Assembly: GCA_963744995.1 (NCBI GenBank)
Contig: CAVUWA010000010.1
Coordinates: 448,001-512,000 of the forward strand
DNA from: Candidatus Eiseniibacteriota bacterium
GTDB lineage: Bacteria; Eisenbacteria; RBG-16-71-46
Reading direction: 5' to 3'
DNA length: 64,000 nucleotides
The number at the start of each line of letters is the position of its first letter. Within the stretch, counting starts at the first letter, position 1. Shown here piece after piece: positions 38,375-50,846 of this stretch. The position numbers were made by a program, and so were the translations under genes. Below the pieces are notes generated by a model that was not told the DNA's origin, searched no databases, and was given only the letters and a program-made list of their open reading frames with translations.

Positions 38375-40446
38375 GGCGGGGCCTCGCCCTCGCGGCGACG
38401 GCGGCGGTGCTGGGCGCGGCGTGGTGCGCCGGCGGCTGCGCCGGCCACGGCACGCCCGCGGCCGATTTCGATCCGGACACGATCCCGGACGCCTACGCGC
38501 AACCCTCGGGTGCGCTCATGTGGCCCGGGGCCACGCGCGCGTTCCGCGTGACGCCGGCGGGCGATCTCGAGAACGGCGCGTGGATCGTACGGGTGATTCC
38601 CGTCGCCGGTGCCGATACGGCGGGGCCGCCGCGCGTGATCGCGGCCGAGAACCGCTGGCGGCCCGTGCTGCGCTGGAACCGCAGGGGCGGCGGCGTCACC
38701 TGGCGCTTCGAAGCGGTCGCCCTGCCCGAACCCGCGCCCGCGGACAGCGGCGTGTGCGTGTCGCTCGACGTGCGCGCGCTCGCGGACGGCGGCGGCGAGA
38801 CGCCGGCGACCGTCGCGTTCGTGCTGGAGCGGCGCACGCCCGGTTCAGGGTTCGCCGCATTCGACGCGCAGCCGGACGCGCCGCTCCAGTTCGGCACGAT
38901 CGGCTCGCGTGGCACCGTGCTCGGCTGGGGCCCGGGCGACATCGCCGGGCCCGCCCTGACGTTCACGCTCACCGCGACCCGCGACGGCGAAGAGCACGCC
39001 CGCGTCGTGCTGCCCGCCTACCCGGCCCCCGCGTCGGTGCTGGCGGACTGGGCGCGACCGCCGCACGAAGAGCGGGTCACCCAGGCGCGCCGGCACTGGG
39101 ACCGCACGCTCGCGCAGGGCACGCGTTTCGAGCTCGGCGATCCAGAAGTCGAGAACGCGCTGCGCGCGGCCGAGGTCGTGCTGCTCTCGCTGCGTGAGCG
39201 GCGCGGTCCGCTGTGGGTGCCGATCGGCGGCCCGTTCCACTACCGCGACGTGTGGCTGCGTGACGGCGCGCGTGCGGTGTCCGCGCTGGCGGTCGCCGGA
39301 TTCACGCAGGTCTCGCGCGACCTCGCGCGCGGTCTCGCGGCGTACCAGTGGCCGAACGGCGCGTTCCTCTCGCAGCGCGGCCAGCTCGACGGCACGGGCC
39401 AGGCGCTGTGGGCGTTCGAGCAGGCGATGCTGCGTCCGGCGCCCGCGGATTCGGTGGGGCGCTACGCCGATGCCGCGGTGCGCGCCTGTGCGTGGGTCGA
39501 GTGGATGCGCGGGCTCGGCAAGCAGACCGGGTGGCCCTACGGCGACATGATGCCGTTCGGCGATCCGCGCGACGCCGAGCTGATCCGCGCCCAGCTCACC
39601 GGCAACGACGCGTGGTCGATCGCCGGCTACCGCGCGGCCGCGCGCCTGCTCGCCGCGGCCGGCAGGAATGCCGATGCGGAGAGTCTCCAGGCGGCGCGCA
39701 CCCGCTACGTCACCGACTTCGAACGCGACCTCGAGCAGCGCGGTGCCGCCGACGTGCCGCCCGCGTGGCAGGAAGGCGGCCGCGACTGGGGTAACCTCTC
39801 GGTCGCATGGCCGACCGGCGCGCTCGGCGTGATGGACCCGCGCGTCGAACGCATGGCGCGCCGCGTGTGGGCGAAGGCCGGCGGCGCGGGGCTCGTGTCC
39901 TACGGTCCCGCGGACTCCGCGCACTATTACCTCGGCGTCGATCTCGGCGTCTGGGCGTTGCTCGCCGGGCACCGCGCCGCGGCGGACAGCGTGCTCGACG
40001 CGATGCTCCACTGGCGCTCGGCGAGCGGCACCGCGGGCGAGATCTTCTCGCGCAGCTCGCGCGACTACGGCGCAAACCTGACGCCGCACCCGACCAGCGC
40101 CGCCGCGCTGATCACGCTGGTGCGCAACGCGTTGATCGAAGACGAGAGCGACACGCTGCGTCTCACGCTCGGCGCGCGGCCCGGCTGGTGGCGCGGCGCG
40201 CGAGTGCAGAACGCGCCGACCCGGTTCGGCACGGTCGACCTGCGCTTCGAGTCGGACGGCGCGCACGCGAAGTGGAACTGGAGCGCCGTGCCGGTGTGGA
40301 CCGCACTCACGCTGCCGCCGGGCAAGGCCGTCGCCGGCGCGCTGCCCGAGGGATTCGTCGCCGGCGAGCGCGCCGACGTCGTGCTCGCGCCGCCGGGAAC
40401 GAAGTCGGCGGAGCTCGAGATCGGAGACGCGGAGGCGGCCCCTTGA
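38371..40446 (+). CDS. Lipoprotein with (alpha/alpha)6 glycoside-hydrolase-like domain
   Basis: GTGA-coupled; lipobox-like AGGC; YRDVWLRDGA, Q.DG.GQALW, G..GE, PH..SAA, PTRFG.V. Confidence 0.72.
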   Translation: MRRGLALAATAAVLGAAWCAGGCAGHGTPAADFDPDTIPDAYAQPSGALMWPGATRAFRVTPAGDLENGAWIVRVIPVAGADTAGPPRVIAAENRWRPVLRWNRRGGGVTWRFEAVALPEPAPADSGVCVSLDVRALADGGGETPATVAFVLERRTPGSGFAAFDAQPDAPLQFGTIGSRGTVLGWGPGDIAGPALTFTLTATRDGEEHARVVLPAYPAPASVLADWARPPHEERVTQARRHWDRTLAQGTRFELGDPEVENALRAAEVVLLSLRERRGPLWVPIGGPFHYRDVWLRDGARAVSALAVAGFTQVSRDLARGLAAYQWPNGAFLSQRGQLDGTGQALWAFEQAMLRPAPADSVGRYADAAVRACAWVEWMRGLGKQTGWPYGDMMPFGDPRDAELIRAQLTGNDAWSIAGYRAAARLLAAAGRNADAESLQAARTRYVTDFERDLEQRGAADVPPAWQEGGRDWGNLSVAWPTGALGVMDPRVERMARRVWAKAGGAGLVSYGPADSAHYYLGVDLGVWALLAGHRAAADSVLDAMLHWRSASGTAGEIFSRSSRDYGANLTPHPTSAAALITLVRNALIEDESDTLRLTLGARPGWWRGARVQNAPTRFGTVDLRFESDGAHAKWNWSAVPVWTALTLPPGKAVAGALPEGFVAGERADVVLAPPGTKSAELEIGDAEAAP

Positions 40447-40937
40447 GCCGTCGACGGGCTGGCCGGCGCAGGCCTGGCCGCGGCGCGGACCTGGTGCGCG
40501 GCGGGCGCTGTGTCGAGGGGCTGCCCTGCCTGCGGTTCGCAGCGGCCTCGGAGCGGGCGCCATGGTTCGTGCACTTCGATGGCGCGCGAACCCTGCACCA
40601 GGTGGCGGCGCTGCCCTGGAATGCCGATCATCCCCGCGCCGCACCACGCAGCAGTTTCGAGAGGATCATGCTGATGAAGCAGTCGCTCGAGGCGTCCGGC
40701 ACGGCACGGCGCCTCGCCCCCGGGGACGATGCGCGGGCCGGGCTGGCCTGGGCCCGCGGACGGATCATGAACATGTGGGGCATGCCATGGGATGCGCTCC
40801 GGGGCATTTCGCAGCGCGGCAGCGGCCGATCCGGCCGGCGCGGCGGACGCGGAGCGCTACGCCGTTTCGCTCCGGGATCCCGGCGGCAGCGGGCAGCTGT
40901 GGTGACGGCGCAGCGCGGCGTGGGTCCGCGACGGTGA
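40443..40937 (+). pseudogene. Degenerate paralog 2 of the RSSFER family (no TM, scrambled tail)
   Basis: EGLPCL, RSSFERIMLM, MWGMPWDAL; N-terminal TM missing. Confidence 0.55.
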
Positions 40938-41611
40938 GCGCGAAGCGCGATCGGAAGCGCGCCGCACGGCGCGCGGCGGCGCCGCCCCGCGGGTCGGCGC
41001 CGCGCCCGGTCCGGCCGCTGCCATGGATCTTCGCGCTCCTCGCCGGCGCGCTGCTCGCGGGCGCGTGGTGGGCGACCCATCGCGCGGCGGCCCCGGTCCA
41101 CGGCCCGGCGACGGCGCCGGTCGCCGACGCCCCGTGGGGACCCGTGCCGCCCGCGATGGGGCCGGTCGAGGCGTACGCCAAAGGTGCGGCGCTCGCGGAC
41201 AGCGGCCACGCCTGGCAGAGCCTCCCGTTTCTGCACCGTTCGGTCTCCGCGCCGGGCGCACCGTGGCAGGCGTGGCGCGCCTACGGCTCGGCGCTGTTCA
41301 ACGCCTCGATGAGCGCCGCTCCCGATCCGCTGGCGGACCCTGCGCCCGGGCCGCGTTCCAGCTTCGAACGTGTCGCCCTCATGCGCCAGGCGCTCGCACG
41401 GATCGAGCGCGCCGCGGATCTCGCCGGCAAGCCCGCCGACCATGCGCTCGCGCAGCTCACGCGCGGACAGTTCCTGCGCACCTGGGGGTTCCCCTGGGAC
41501 GCGCTGCACGAGTTCCACCAGGCCGGCGAGATCGACCCCGCGTGGCGCGATCAGGGGCTGCTCTACGCGACGATGATGCGCGATCCGCTGCGTCCCGAGC
41601 CACGGCCCTGA
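40934..41611 (+). CDS. Membrane-anchored helical hypothetical protein, paralog 3
   Basis: Basic N-terminus + TM; QSLPFL, GSALFNA, RSSFERVALM, TWGFPWDAL. Confidence 0.7.
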   Translation: MSAKRDRKRAARRAAAPPRGSAPRPVRPLPWIFALLAGALLAGAWWATHRAAAPVHGPATAPVADAPWGPVPPAMGPVEAYAKGAALADSGHAWQSLPFLHRSVSAPGAPWQAWRAYGSALFNASMSAAPDPLADPAPGPRSSFERVALMRQALARIERAADLAGKPADHALAQLTRGQFLRTWGFPWDALHEFHQAGEIDPAWRDQGLLYATMMRDPLRPEPRP

Positions 41612-41636
41612 ACGCGCACGCGATGCGCGCCGCGCG

Positions 41637-42353
41637 TCAGCCGCCGAGCCGCACCCTGGCGATCGTGAACAGGATCTTCCAGCCGGCGCCGAACACCCCG
41701 CGCACGGTGCCGGCCACCTTCGAACGCCCCGCCGCGCGGCGCCGGTAGCGCACCGGCACCTCCGCCCACGCGAGGCGCGCACGCAGCGCGCGGGTCTGCA
41801 TCTCCACCGTCCAGCCGTAGTCGCGGTCGCGCATCCGCAGACATTCGAGCGCCGGCCAGCGGATCGCCCGGAACGGGCCGAGGTCGGTGAAGCGCGCCCC
41901 GTACAGAAGCCGCATCAGGGTCGTCGCGAGCGCGTTGCCGAACGCCTGCACGGGCGTGAGTGCGCCCGGCTCGCGCTCGCCGAGCCGGCGCGAGCCGACC
42001 ACGAGGTCGGCGCCGTGGGCGAGGATCGGGTGGAGCAGCGCGGCGAGCTCCGCCGGATCGTCGCTGCCGTCGGCGTCCAGGAACACGACCACGTCGGGTG
42101 GGTCCGCGCGCAGCGCCGCGATGGCCGCGAGGCACGCGGCGCCATAGCCGCGCCTGGGCTCGCGCACGACCCGCGCGCCGCCCGCGTGCGCGACCTCGGG
42201 GGTGGCGTCGCGCGAACCGTTGTCGGCGACCACGACCTCGCGCAGCCGGAACCCCGCAGCGCCCGCGGCCCGGATCCCCGCGAGCACGCCCGGCAGCGCT
42301 GCGGCCTCGTCCAGGGCCGGGATCACGACGTCGACGACGGGGATGGTGTTCAC
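41637..42353 (-). CDS. Glycosyltransferase family 2 (DPM1-like)
   Basis: VVIPALDE, ADNGSRD, RGYGAAC, FLDADGSD, TDLGPFRAI, YGWTVEMQ. Confidence 0.92.
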   Translation of the reverse strand: MNTIPVVDVVIPALDEAAALPGVLAGIRAAGAAGFRLREVVVADNGSRDATPEVAHAGGARVVREPRRGYGAACLAAIAALRADPPDVVVFLDADGSDDPAELAALLHPILAHGADLVVGSRRLGEREPGALTPVQAFGNALATTLMRLLYGARFTDLGPFRAIRWPALECLRMRDRDYGWTVEMQTRALRARLAWAEVPVRYRRRAAGRSKVAGTVRGVFGAGWKILFTIARVRLGG

Positions 42354-42417
42354 GAAAGAGGAAACGGGGCGGCGGGCCGGGCGTGACCGCCCGGCGCGCG
42401 CCGCCCCGCAGGGTCGC

Positions 42418-45288
<2,871 letters not shown>

Positions 45289-45391
45289 GATCGCCCTCCG
45301 TGGTCGCTCCGCGCGCAGTCGGCCGCGCGGGGCCCATCGTCGAAGACTGCGGGGCACCGCGGCCTTCGCGGCGCCTCGAGTCGGTCTCTGG

Positions 45392-47533
45392 TCAGTTCCT
45401 GACTTCCGGCACCCGGAACAGGTTGTCCGCGATGCCGATGTTGTAGCCGCACTCGTTCACCTTGATGCGCATGATCTCCTTGTTCTGCACGTAGCGCACT
45501 TCAGAGTACGGGAGCCGCAGCTTCTTCACCTGGCGGAAGTCGGAGAACACGCGACGCGCCAGCACGTGCGGCGGGATGCCGCCGCGCACGTCCGAGGCGA
45601 TCAGCTCGTGGGTCTCCGCGTCGAACAGCAGCCACAGCTGATGTTCCTCCGACTGCAGCCGGACTTCGACCAGGTCGGCCGGGCGGCCGTCGACGGTCTC
45701 CCGCCCCCGGAAGATCGGGTCGGCCCCTTCTTCGGTCGCCTGCAGCAGCAGATGCGGAAGGTCGTTGAGGTAATTCGAGCGCATCGTCGCGACCTGCATG
45801 CTGTCGGCCACCTCCACCCGGTTGTTCTGCGTCTCGTAGACCCAGCCGTGATCTCCGATCAGCACCTGTTCGCTCTCGTACAGGAATACGGACATGATCT
45901 CGCGGAATCGGAACGGCTCCTTGCGCGCCTGCCGGATCCGTCCGTCGACCTCCCGACCCTGCGCGTTCAGGACGAGCGTGGCGTCGATGCTGGAGTCCTT
46001 CAGGCTGCGCAGGTTGTTCAGACCGCCGTGCGCCTTCACCCCCGCCGCGACGATCTCGCGCCCGCGGCTCCGATCCTTCTCGGTGACCTCGCGCGAGGCC
46101 CACTCGGCCTGGGCCGAGTCGTCGATCTTCACGACCTCGACTTCACCGAACCGGGCCAGGAGCGGTTTCAGCTGCTCGGCCGGTCCCACGGCGAGGATAG
46201 CGAGGCGCCCGGGTTCGATCCAGCGCCGCACGGTCGCGTCCACGGTGGCGTCCGCGAGCGTGTCGAGGACGCCGGCCTCGCCATGGATCGTCTCGTCCGC
46301 CACACCGTACCAGTCCGCGTTGCCCCAGGCGCCGAGCAGTCCGGCCAGAGACGACAGCGTCATCGGCCAGGTCTCGCGCCACAGCGTCTTCGCCGCCGCG
46401 ATCTCGGCGGCCGCGGGCGGTTCGGCGCCCAGCGCCGCCACCGCGTTCCGCAGGCTCTCGACCGCGGCGCCCGCGGAGTCGGTGCGCACCGTCGCACGGG
46501 TGACGAACAGGCCCGCGTCACGCAGCGCGGTGTAGCCGCTCGAGACGCCGCCGATGACGCCCGGCCACGCCGGCCTCGCTGCGAGCCGCGCTGCGCCGAT
46601 GTCGGCGAAGACGCTGCTCGCGATCGAGAATGGCAGCGATTGCGGCGAGCCGCGCTCGGGCGCCGCAGCGGCGATGCGGATCTCGGTGCGTCCGCCGCTC
46701 GGCACGTCGATGATCCGGACGTGCGGCTTGAGCGAACCGGGGCCCACCATGATGGACGGCACCGGGGCCGCCGTCCCCTGCCACTCTCCGAACGACTGGC
46801 GCGCCATCTCGAACACCTCGGCCGCCTTCACGTCGCCCGCGACCGCGAGCACGGAGCCCTTCGGAAGGTAGTGCGCGGCGTGGAATGCCTGCAGCTCTTC
46901 GCGCGTCCGCCGCAGCAGGTCCGCCACCTCTCCGGCCGGGGTCCGCCCGTAGGGATGGTTCTCGAACGCAAGCGGCCATACCTGCTCCTCGGCCGTGGAC
47001 ACCGGATTGTGGTGCAGTTCGATCAGGGTGCGTGCGACTTCGTAGCGCAGGCGGCCGAGCGCTTCGTTGGAGAACAGCGGATGCATGACCGCGTCGGCCA
47101 TGATCCCGAGTCCGGCCTCGAGATCGCCGGCCAGCAAGCCGGCGCCGACGACGGTGTAGTCGCGCAGCGTCGTGACCGTGAGTTCGGAGCCGAGCGCGCC
47201 CATCTCGCTCGCCAGGCGCGCGGCGTCACGGGTCGGCGTGCCGCGCTCGAGCATCTGGGCGGTGAGATGCGCGACGCCCGGCTGGTCGGCGGGTTCGGCG
47301 ACCAGTCCCGCCGGAACGAACAGCTGCACCTGCGCGATCGGCAGCCGCGCGTCTACGAACACCACGACGCGCAGTCCGTTGTCGAGCGTCTTCTCGACCG
47401 GTGCCGGCGGGACGAAGTCCGGCGCGGCGGCCATGGCCACGGCGCCCGGCGCGAGCAGCACGATCGCCACGGGCAGCGCACGCCATGCGGCGCGCATCCG
47501 GCGCGCGAGTCCGCGACGCGGGGTGGCGGTCAT
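45392..47533 (-). CDS. M16-family peptidase-like subunit fused to a C-terminal LolA-like beta domain
   Basis: LDNGL.V, PGVAHLTAQML.RGT, HPYG; C-terminal AHGG...L..L, L.FD.ET..L, FSDFR.V....LP. Confidence 0.8.
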   Translation of the reverse strand: MTATPRRGLARRMRAAWRALPVAIVLLAPGAVAMAAAPDFVPPAPVEKTLDNGLRVVVFVDARLPIAQVQLFVPAGLVAEPADQPGVAHLTAQMLERGTPTRDAARLASEMGALGSELTVTTLRDYTVVGAGLLAGDLEAGLGIMADAVMHPLFSNEALGRLRYEVARTLIELHHNPVSTAEEQVWPLAFENHPYGRTPAGEVADLLRRTREELQAFHAAHYLPKGSVLAVAGDVKAAEVFEMARQSFGEWQGTAAPVPSIMVGPGSLKPHVRIIDVPSGGRTEIRIAAAAPERGSPQSLPFSIASSVFADIGAARLAARPAWPGVIGGVSSGYTALRDAGLFVTRATVRTDSAGAAVESLRNAVAALGAEPPAAAEIAAAKTLWRETWPMTLSSLAGLLGAWGNADWYGVADETIHGEAGVLDTLADATVDATVRRWIEPGRLAILAVGPAEQLKPLLARFGEVEVVKIDDSAQAEWASREVTEKDRSRGREIVAAGVKAHGGLNNLRSLKDSSIDATLVLNAQGREVDGRIRQARKEPFRFREIMSVFLYESEQVLIGDHGWVYETQNNRVEVADSMQVATMRSNYLNDLPHLLLQATEEGADPIFRGRETVDGRPADLVEVRLQSEEHQLWLLFDAETHELIASDVRGGIPPHVLARRVFSDFRQVKKLRLPYSEVRYVQNKEIMRIKVNECGYNIGIADNLFRVPEVRN

Positions 47534-48870
47534 TTCGCACCCCCCTCGGCCGGCGCGCCGGCGGGCAGCATCCACACGACCACCGGACCCCGGCCCGACG
47601 CGAGCCGCTGCGCCGCGGCCTGGAGGTCCGCGGCGCGCGGCGGGTGCGGCGGCGCAACGGCGAGCGCGGCGTCCGCGTCTGCGCCCAGCAGCCGGGCCCG
47701 CCCGAGTGCCTGCGCACGGTCACGGGAGCGCTGCAGCGAAAACAGCCGCGCGACCTCGGCGCCCTTCTGCACTCGCGCCAGGCGCTCCTCGTTGACGCCT
47801 TCGCGTGCGATGCGTGCGACCGCTTCCTTCATCGCGCTCTCCACACCGGCCACCGCCGCCGAGTCGGCGCCCGCCTGCAGCGCGGCGAGGGCGAACACCA
47901 GCCCCGCGTCGCGGCGCGACTCGAGGCCGCACTGGACGTACGCAGACGGCTTGTCCCTGCCGATCACCGCCCGATTGAGGGGCGCGTCCGAATCGCCGGC
48001 GAGGTAGCGCGCCAGCAGCTCGAACGCGGGAACGTCGGCGGACGACGCGCCACCCACCGGCCAGCCGAGCAGCACCGACGGCCCGGCGAAGGCGTAGGTG
48101 TCGACGGTGCGCCGCGCCGGCGGGGCGGCCGGCGGTGCCACGTCGTCATGCGGCACGGGGCGCGCCTTGACCCGGCCGAAGGTGCGTTTCGCCGCCGCGA
48201 TCGCGTCGGCTTCCCTGAAGCGCCCCGCGACCGTGACGATCGCGTTCCCCGGCCCGTAGCGCTCGCGGTGCCAGGCGAGGCAGTCGTCCAGGGTGATGGC
48301 GCCGAGATCCGCCTTGCGGCCGATCGCCGGCCACGCGTAGGGATGGCCCTCGAACGCGTCGGCGAACAGCTGCTGCAGGCCGCGCACGATCGGCGACTGC
48401 GTGGTGCGCTCGTCGTTCTGCCGCACCAGGCTTCGCACCGCTTCGACCTTCTCGGGCGTGAGCCGCAGCTCCGCCATGCGATCGGCTTCCATCGCAAACA
48501 CCGTCTCCATCGCTTCGGGCGGCACGGTTTCGTAGAAACTCGAGTAGTCCGGCGTGCTCTCCGCCCCCACCGATCCGCCCGTGCGGCGCACGCGGCGGAT
48601 GTAGTCGTCCTCGCCGGGCGGCGCGCTGCGGAACATGAGCTGCTCGACCATGTGCGTCACACCGGTCTTCCCCGCCGTCTCCCAGCGGGTGCCGGCGCGG
48701 TACCACACGGTCACGTCCACGCCGCCCGCCCGCGCGTCGGGCGCGAGGACGAGGGTCAGGCCGTTCGGAAGCTTCTGCTGCCGCACGCCATGCGTCGAAC
48801 GCGGTGCGGCGGCAGCGGTTCCCGTCAGACACGCGAGCAGCAGCCAGGCGGTCATGATTCGACACTTCAT
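47530..48870 (-). CDS. M16-family peptidase-like subunit (HxxEQ)
   Basis: LPNGL, WYRAG...E..GKTGVTHMVEQLMF, HPYAWP.IG, Y.P.NA...VAG. Confidence 0.82.
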   Translation of the reverse strand: MKCRIMTAWLLLACLTGTAAAAPRSTHGVRQQKLPNGLTLVLAPDARAGGVDVTVWYRAGTRWETAGKTGVTHMVEQLMFRSAPPGEDDYIRRVRRTGGSVGAESTPDYSSFYETVPPEAMETVFAMEADRMAELRLTPEKVEAVRSLVRQNDERTTQSPIVRGLQQLFADAFEGHPYAWPAIGRKADLGAITLDDCLAWHRERYGPGNAIVTVAGRFREADAIAAAKRTFGRVKARPVPHDDVAPPAAPPARRTVDTYAFAGPSVLLGWPVGGASSADVPAFELLARYLAGDSDAPLNRAVIGRDKPSAYVQCGLESRRDAGLVFALAALQAGADSAAVAGVESAMKEAVARIAREGVNEERLARVQKGAEVARLFSLQRSRDRAQALGRARLLGADADAALAVAPPHPPRAADLQAAAQRLASGRGPVVVWMLPAGAPAEGGAK

Positions 48871-48916
48871 GGATGGGTCTCTTTCTTCGGAATGATCGGG
48901 GAAATGGACTCGTGCA

Positions 48917-50812
48917 TCAGGGCAGCCAGGCGACGCGTACCGCGCGCCTGTACCCCGCGACGTCCAGAGCAATGAAGTAGATGCCGGCGGGCGCGTGCCC
49001 GCCGGTGTCGGCGGCGCCGTCCCAGGCCACCGTCACCCAGCGGCCGCCCTCCAGCCTGCCTGACCAGAGGCGGCGCACCGAACGGCCCTGCGCGTCGATC
49101 ACGCGCACGTCGCCCTGTTCGGGCCGGAACGCGTCCCCGTTCAGGGCGAACCGGACCCGCACGGGCGCTCCGTCCGAGCGGAACGGATTCGGTCCGAGCA
49201 GCGCGATCTGCGGGAAGCCGGTCGGCGCCGGAGCCACCGCCACGCTGGCCGGCCAGCGCAGGGCGTCGAGGCCGTTGGGAATGCCGTAGCCGTAGAGCGT
49301 GTCGGGCACGAGCCAGCGGTCGGCAGTCTCGCGCAGCGCGCGGATGATGTCGACGGGCGCCCACGACGGCCGCGCCTGCATCAGGCACGCGGCGAGCCCC
49401 GCCAGGATCGGCGCCGAGAACGACGTGCCGCTGCCCGTGACGTACGCGGTGGAGAGGGTGGTCGAGATCAGCGGCACCGAGACCCCGTCGGCCATGAGGT
49501 CGGGCTTGATGCGGCCGTCCGCGGTCGGGCCCATGGAGGAGAAGCTGGCGCGAATCCCGGTGAGATCCACGGCGCCCGCGGCGATCAGGCTGTCGCCGTT
49601 CACGTCGGCCGGCATGATGATCTTCTGCCACGACGCGGCGCCCTCGTTGCCGGCCGAGTTGACGATCAGGATGCCCTTGCTCGCCGCGATTTCGGCGGCG
49701 CGGCTCACGGTCGAGGTCATTCCGTCGAGGTCCGCGAGCGTGTAGTCGTCTGCGGGGTCGTCGAACGTGCTGTAGCCGAGCGAGGAGCTGATCAGGTCGG
49801 CGCCCAGGCTGTCGGCCCACTCGGCGCCCTGCATCCAGTAGACCATCTCCGCCGGCGTCTCGCTCGTGGCGTCCTCGGTGCGTCCGAGCGCGAACGTCGC
49901 GCCGAAGCCGGTGCCGACGTAGGTGCCCGGCGCGTTGCCCGCGATGCAGCCGAGCACCCAGCCGCCGTGGTCGAAGGCGGACCCGCCGGTGACGTCGGTG
50001 CCGCCGCGCACGAAGTCGCGCACGTAGCCGGCCGGCACGTCGACTCCGGCGAGCGCCTCGTGCGTGGTCCAGCCGTTGAAGCCGTCGTCGAGGACACAGA
50101 TCAGGACGCCGGTGCCGATGAAGCCCGAATCATGCACCGCCGGCACCGCGATCTGGTTGGCGAGATCGAGGGTGAGCCCGTAGGCGATCGAGGGCTGCAT
50201 CTGCAGGCGGCCGAACCGCGGTGAAGCGGCGGGCGGCGCGGCCCCCACCGGTTCGGGCGGCGGGGAACGGCGCATGCGCTCCACCGCGCGCACCCGGCGC
50301 ACGAAGGAGAGGGCGGCGACGCGATCGAGCGCCGCGGCGTCCACACGCACCGCGGCATGGTTGAACCAGCGCGACACGCCGTACGGCTCGAGCCCGAGCG
50401 CCCGTAGCGCGGTGAGATAGGGCGGGTGGACGGGCAGGTCGCGCGCGTCGACGAGCGGGGTGACGTGCGCGCGCAGGCGGCGCGCGCGGGCGCGGGGCGT
50501 GAGGTCCGCTTCGGCCCGGGCGAGCCGCGCGGCGAGATCGGCCGGCCCCGTTTCGCCCTTGTCGGCGAACTCGATCCAGACCGGAACGGGGGTTTCTGCG
50601 TCCGCCGTCAGCGCGGCGACGACCCGGGAATCGGTCTTGGCGAGGGCATCGGGGACGAGGGCCAGGGCGCGCGCCGGGACGAGCGCGGCGGACAGGCCGA
50701 CGAGGGTCAGGGCCAGGGCCCACAGGGGACGCCCGGGCGACGCGCCGAACCGGTCGCGTGCGTGCGGCGTCTCCGCTGCGGTCCGTCGCCACCCCATGTC
50801 GAAACCGTGCAT
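48917..50812 (-). CDS. S8 subtilisin-like serine protease with FlgD/T9SS-like C-terminal domain
   Basis: ICVLDDG, DHGGWVLG, NSAGNEG, SGTSFSAP, YGYG.P; PNPF...WDG......PAGIYF. Start uncertain. Confidence 0.9.
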   Translation of the reverse strand: MHGFDMGWRRTAAETPHARDRFGASPGRPLWALALTLVGLSAALVPARALALVPDALAKTDSRVVAALTADAETPVPVWIEFADKGETGPADLAARLARAEADLTPRARARRLRAHVTPLVDARDLPVHPPYLTALRALGLEPYGVSRWFNHAAVRVDAAALDRVAALSFVRRVRAVERMRRSPPPEPVGAAPPAASPRFGRLQMQPSIAYGLTLDLANQIAVPAVHDSGFIGTGVLICVLDDGFNGWTTHEALAGVDVPAGYVRDFVRGGTDVTGGSAFDHGGWVLGCIAGNAPGTYVGTGFGATFALGRTEDATSETPAEMVYWMQGAEWADSLGADLISSSLGYSTFDDPADDYTLADLDGMTSTVSRAAEIAASKGILIVNSAGNEGAASWQKIIMPADVNGDSLIAAGAVDLTGIRASFSSMGPTADGRIKPDLMADGVSVPLISTTLSTAYVTGSGTSFSAPILAGLAACLMQARPSWAPVDIIRALRETADRWLVPDTLYGYGIPNGLDALRWPASVAVAPAPTGFPQIALLGPNPFRSDGAPVRVRFALNGDAFRPEQGDVRVIDAQGRSVRRLWSGRLEGGRWVTVAWDGAADTGGHAPAGIYFIALDVAGYRRAVRVAWLP

Positions 50813-50846
50813 CGGTCCCCCCGACGGATCCCCTGCGGATCCGCGC

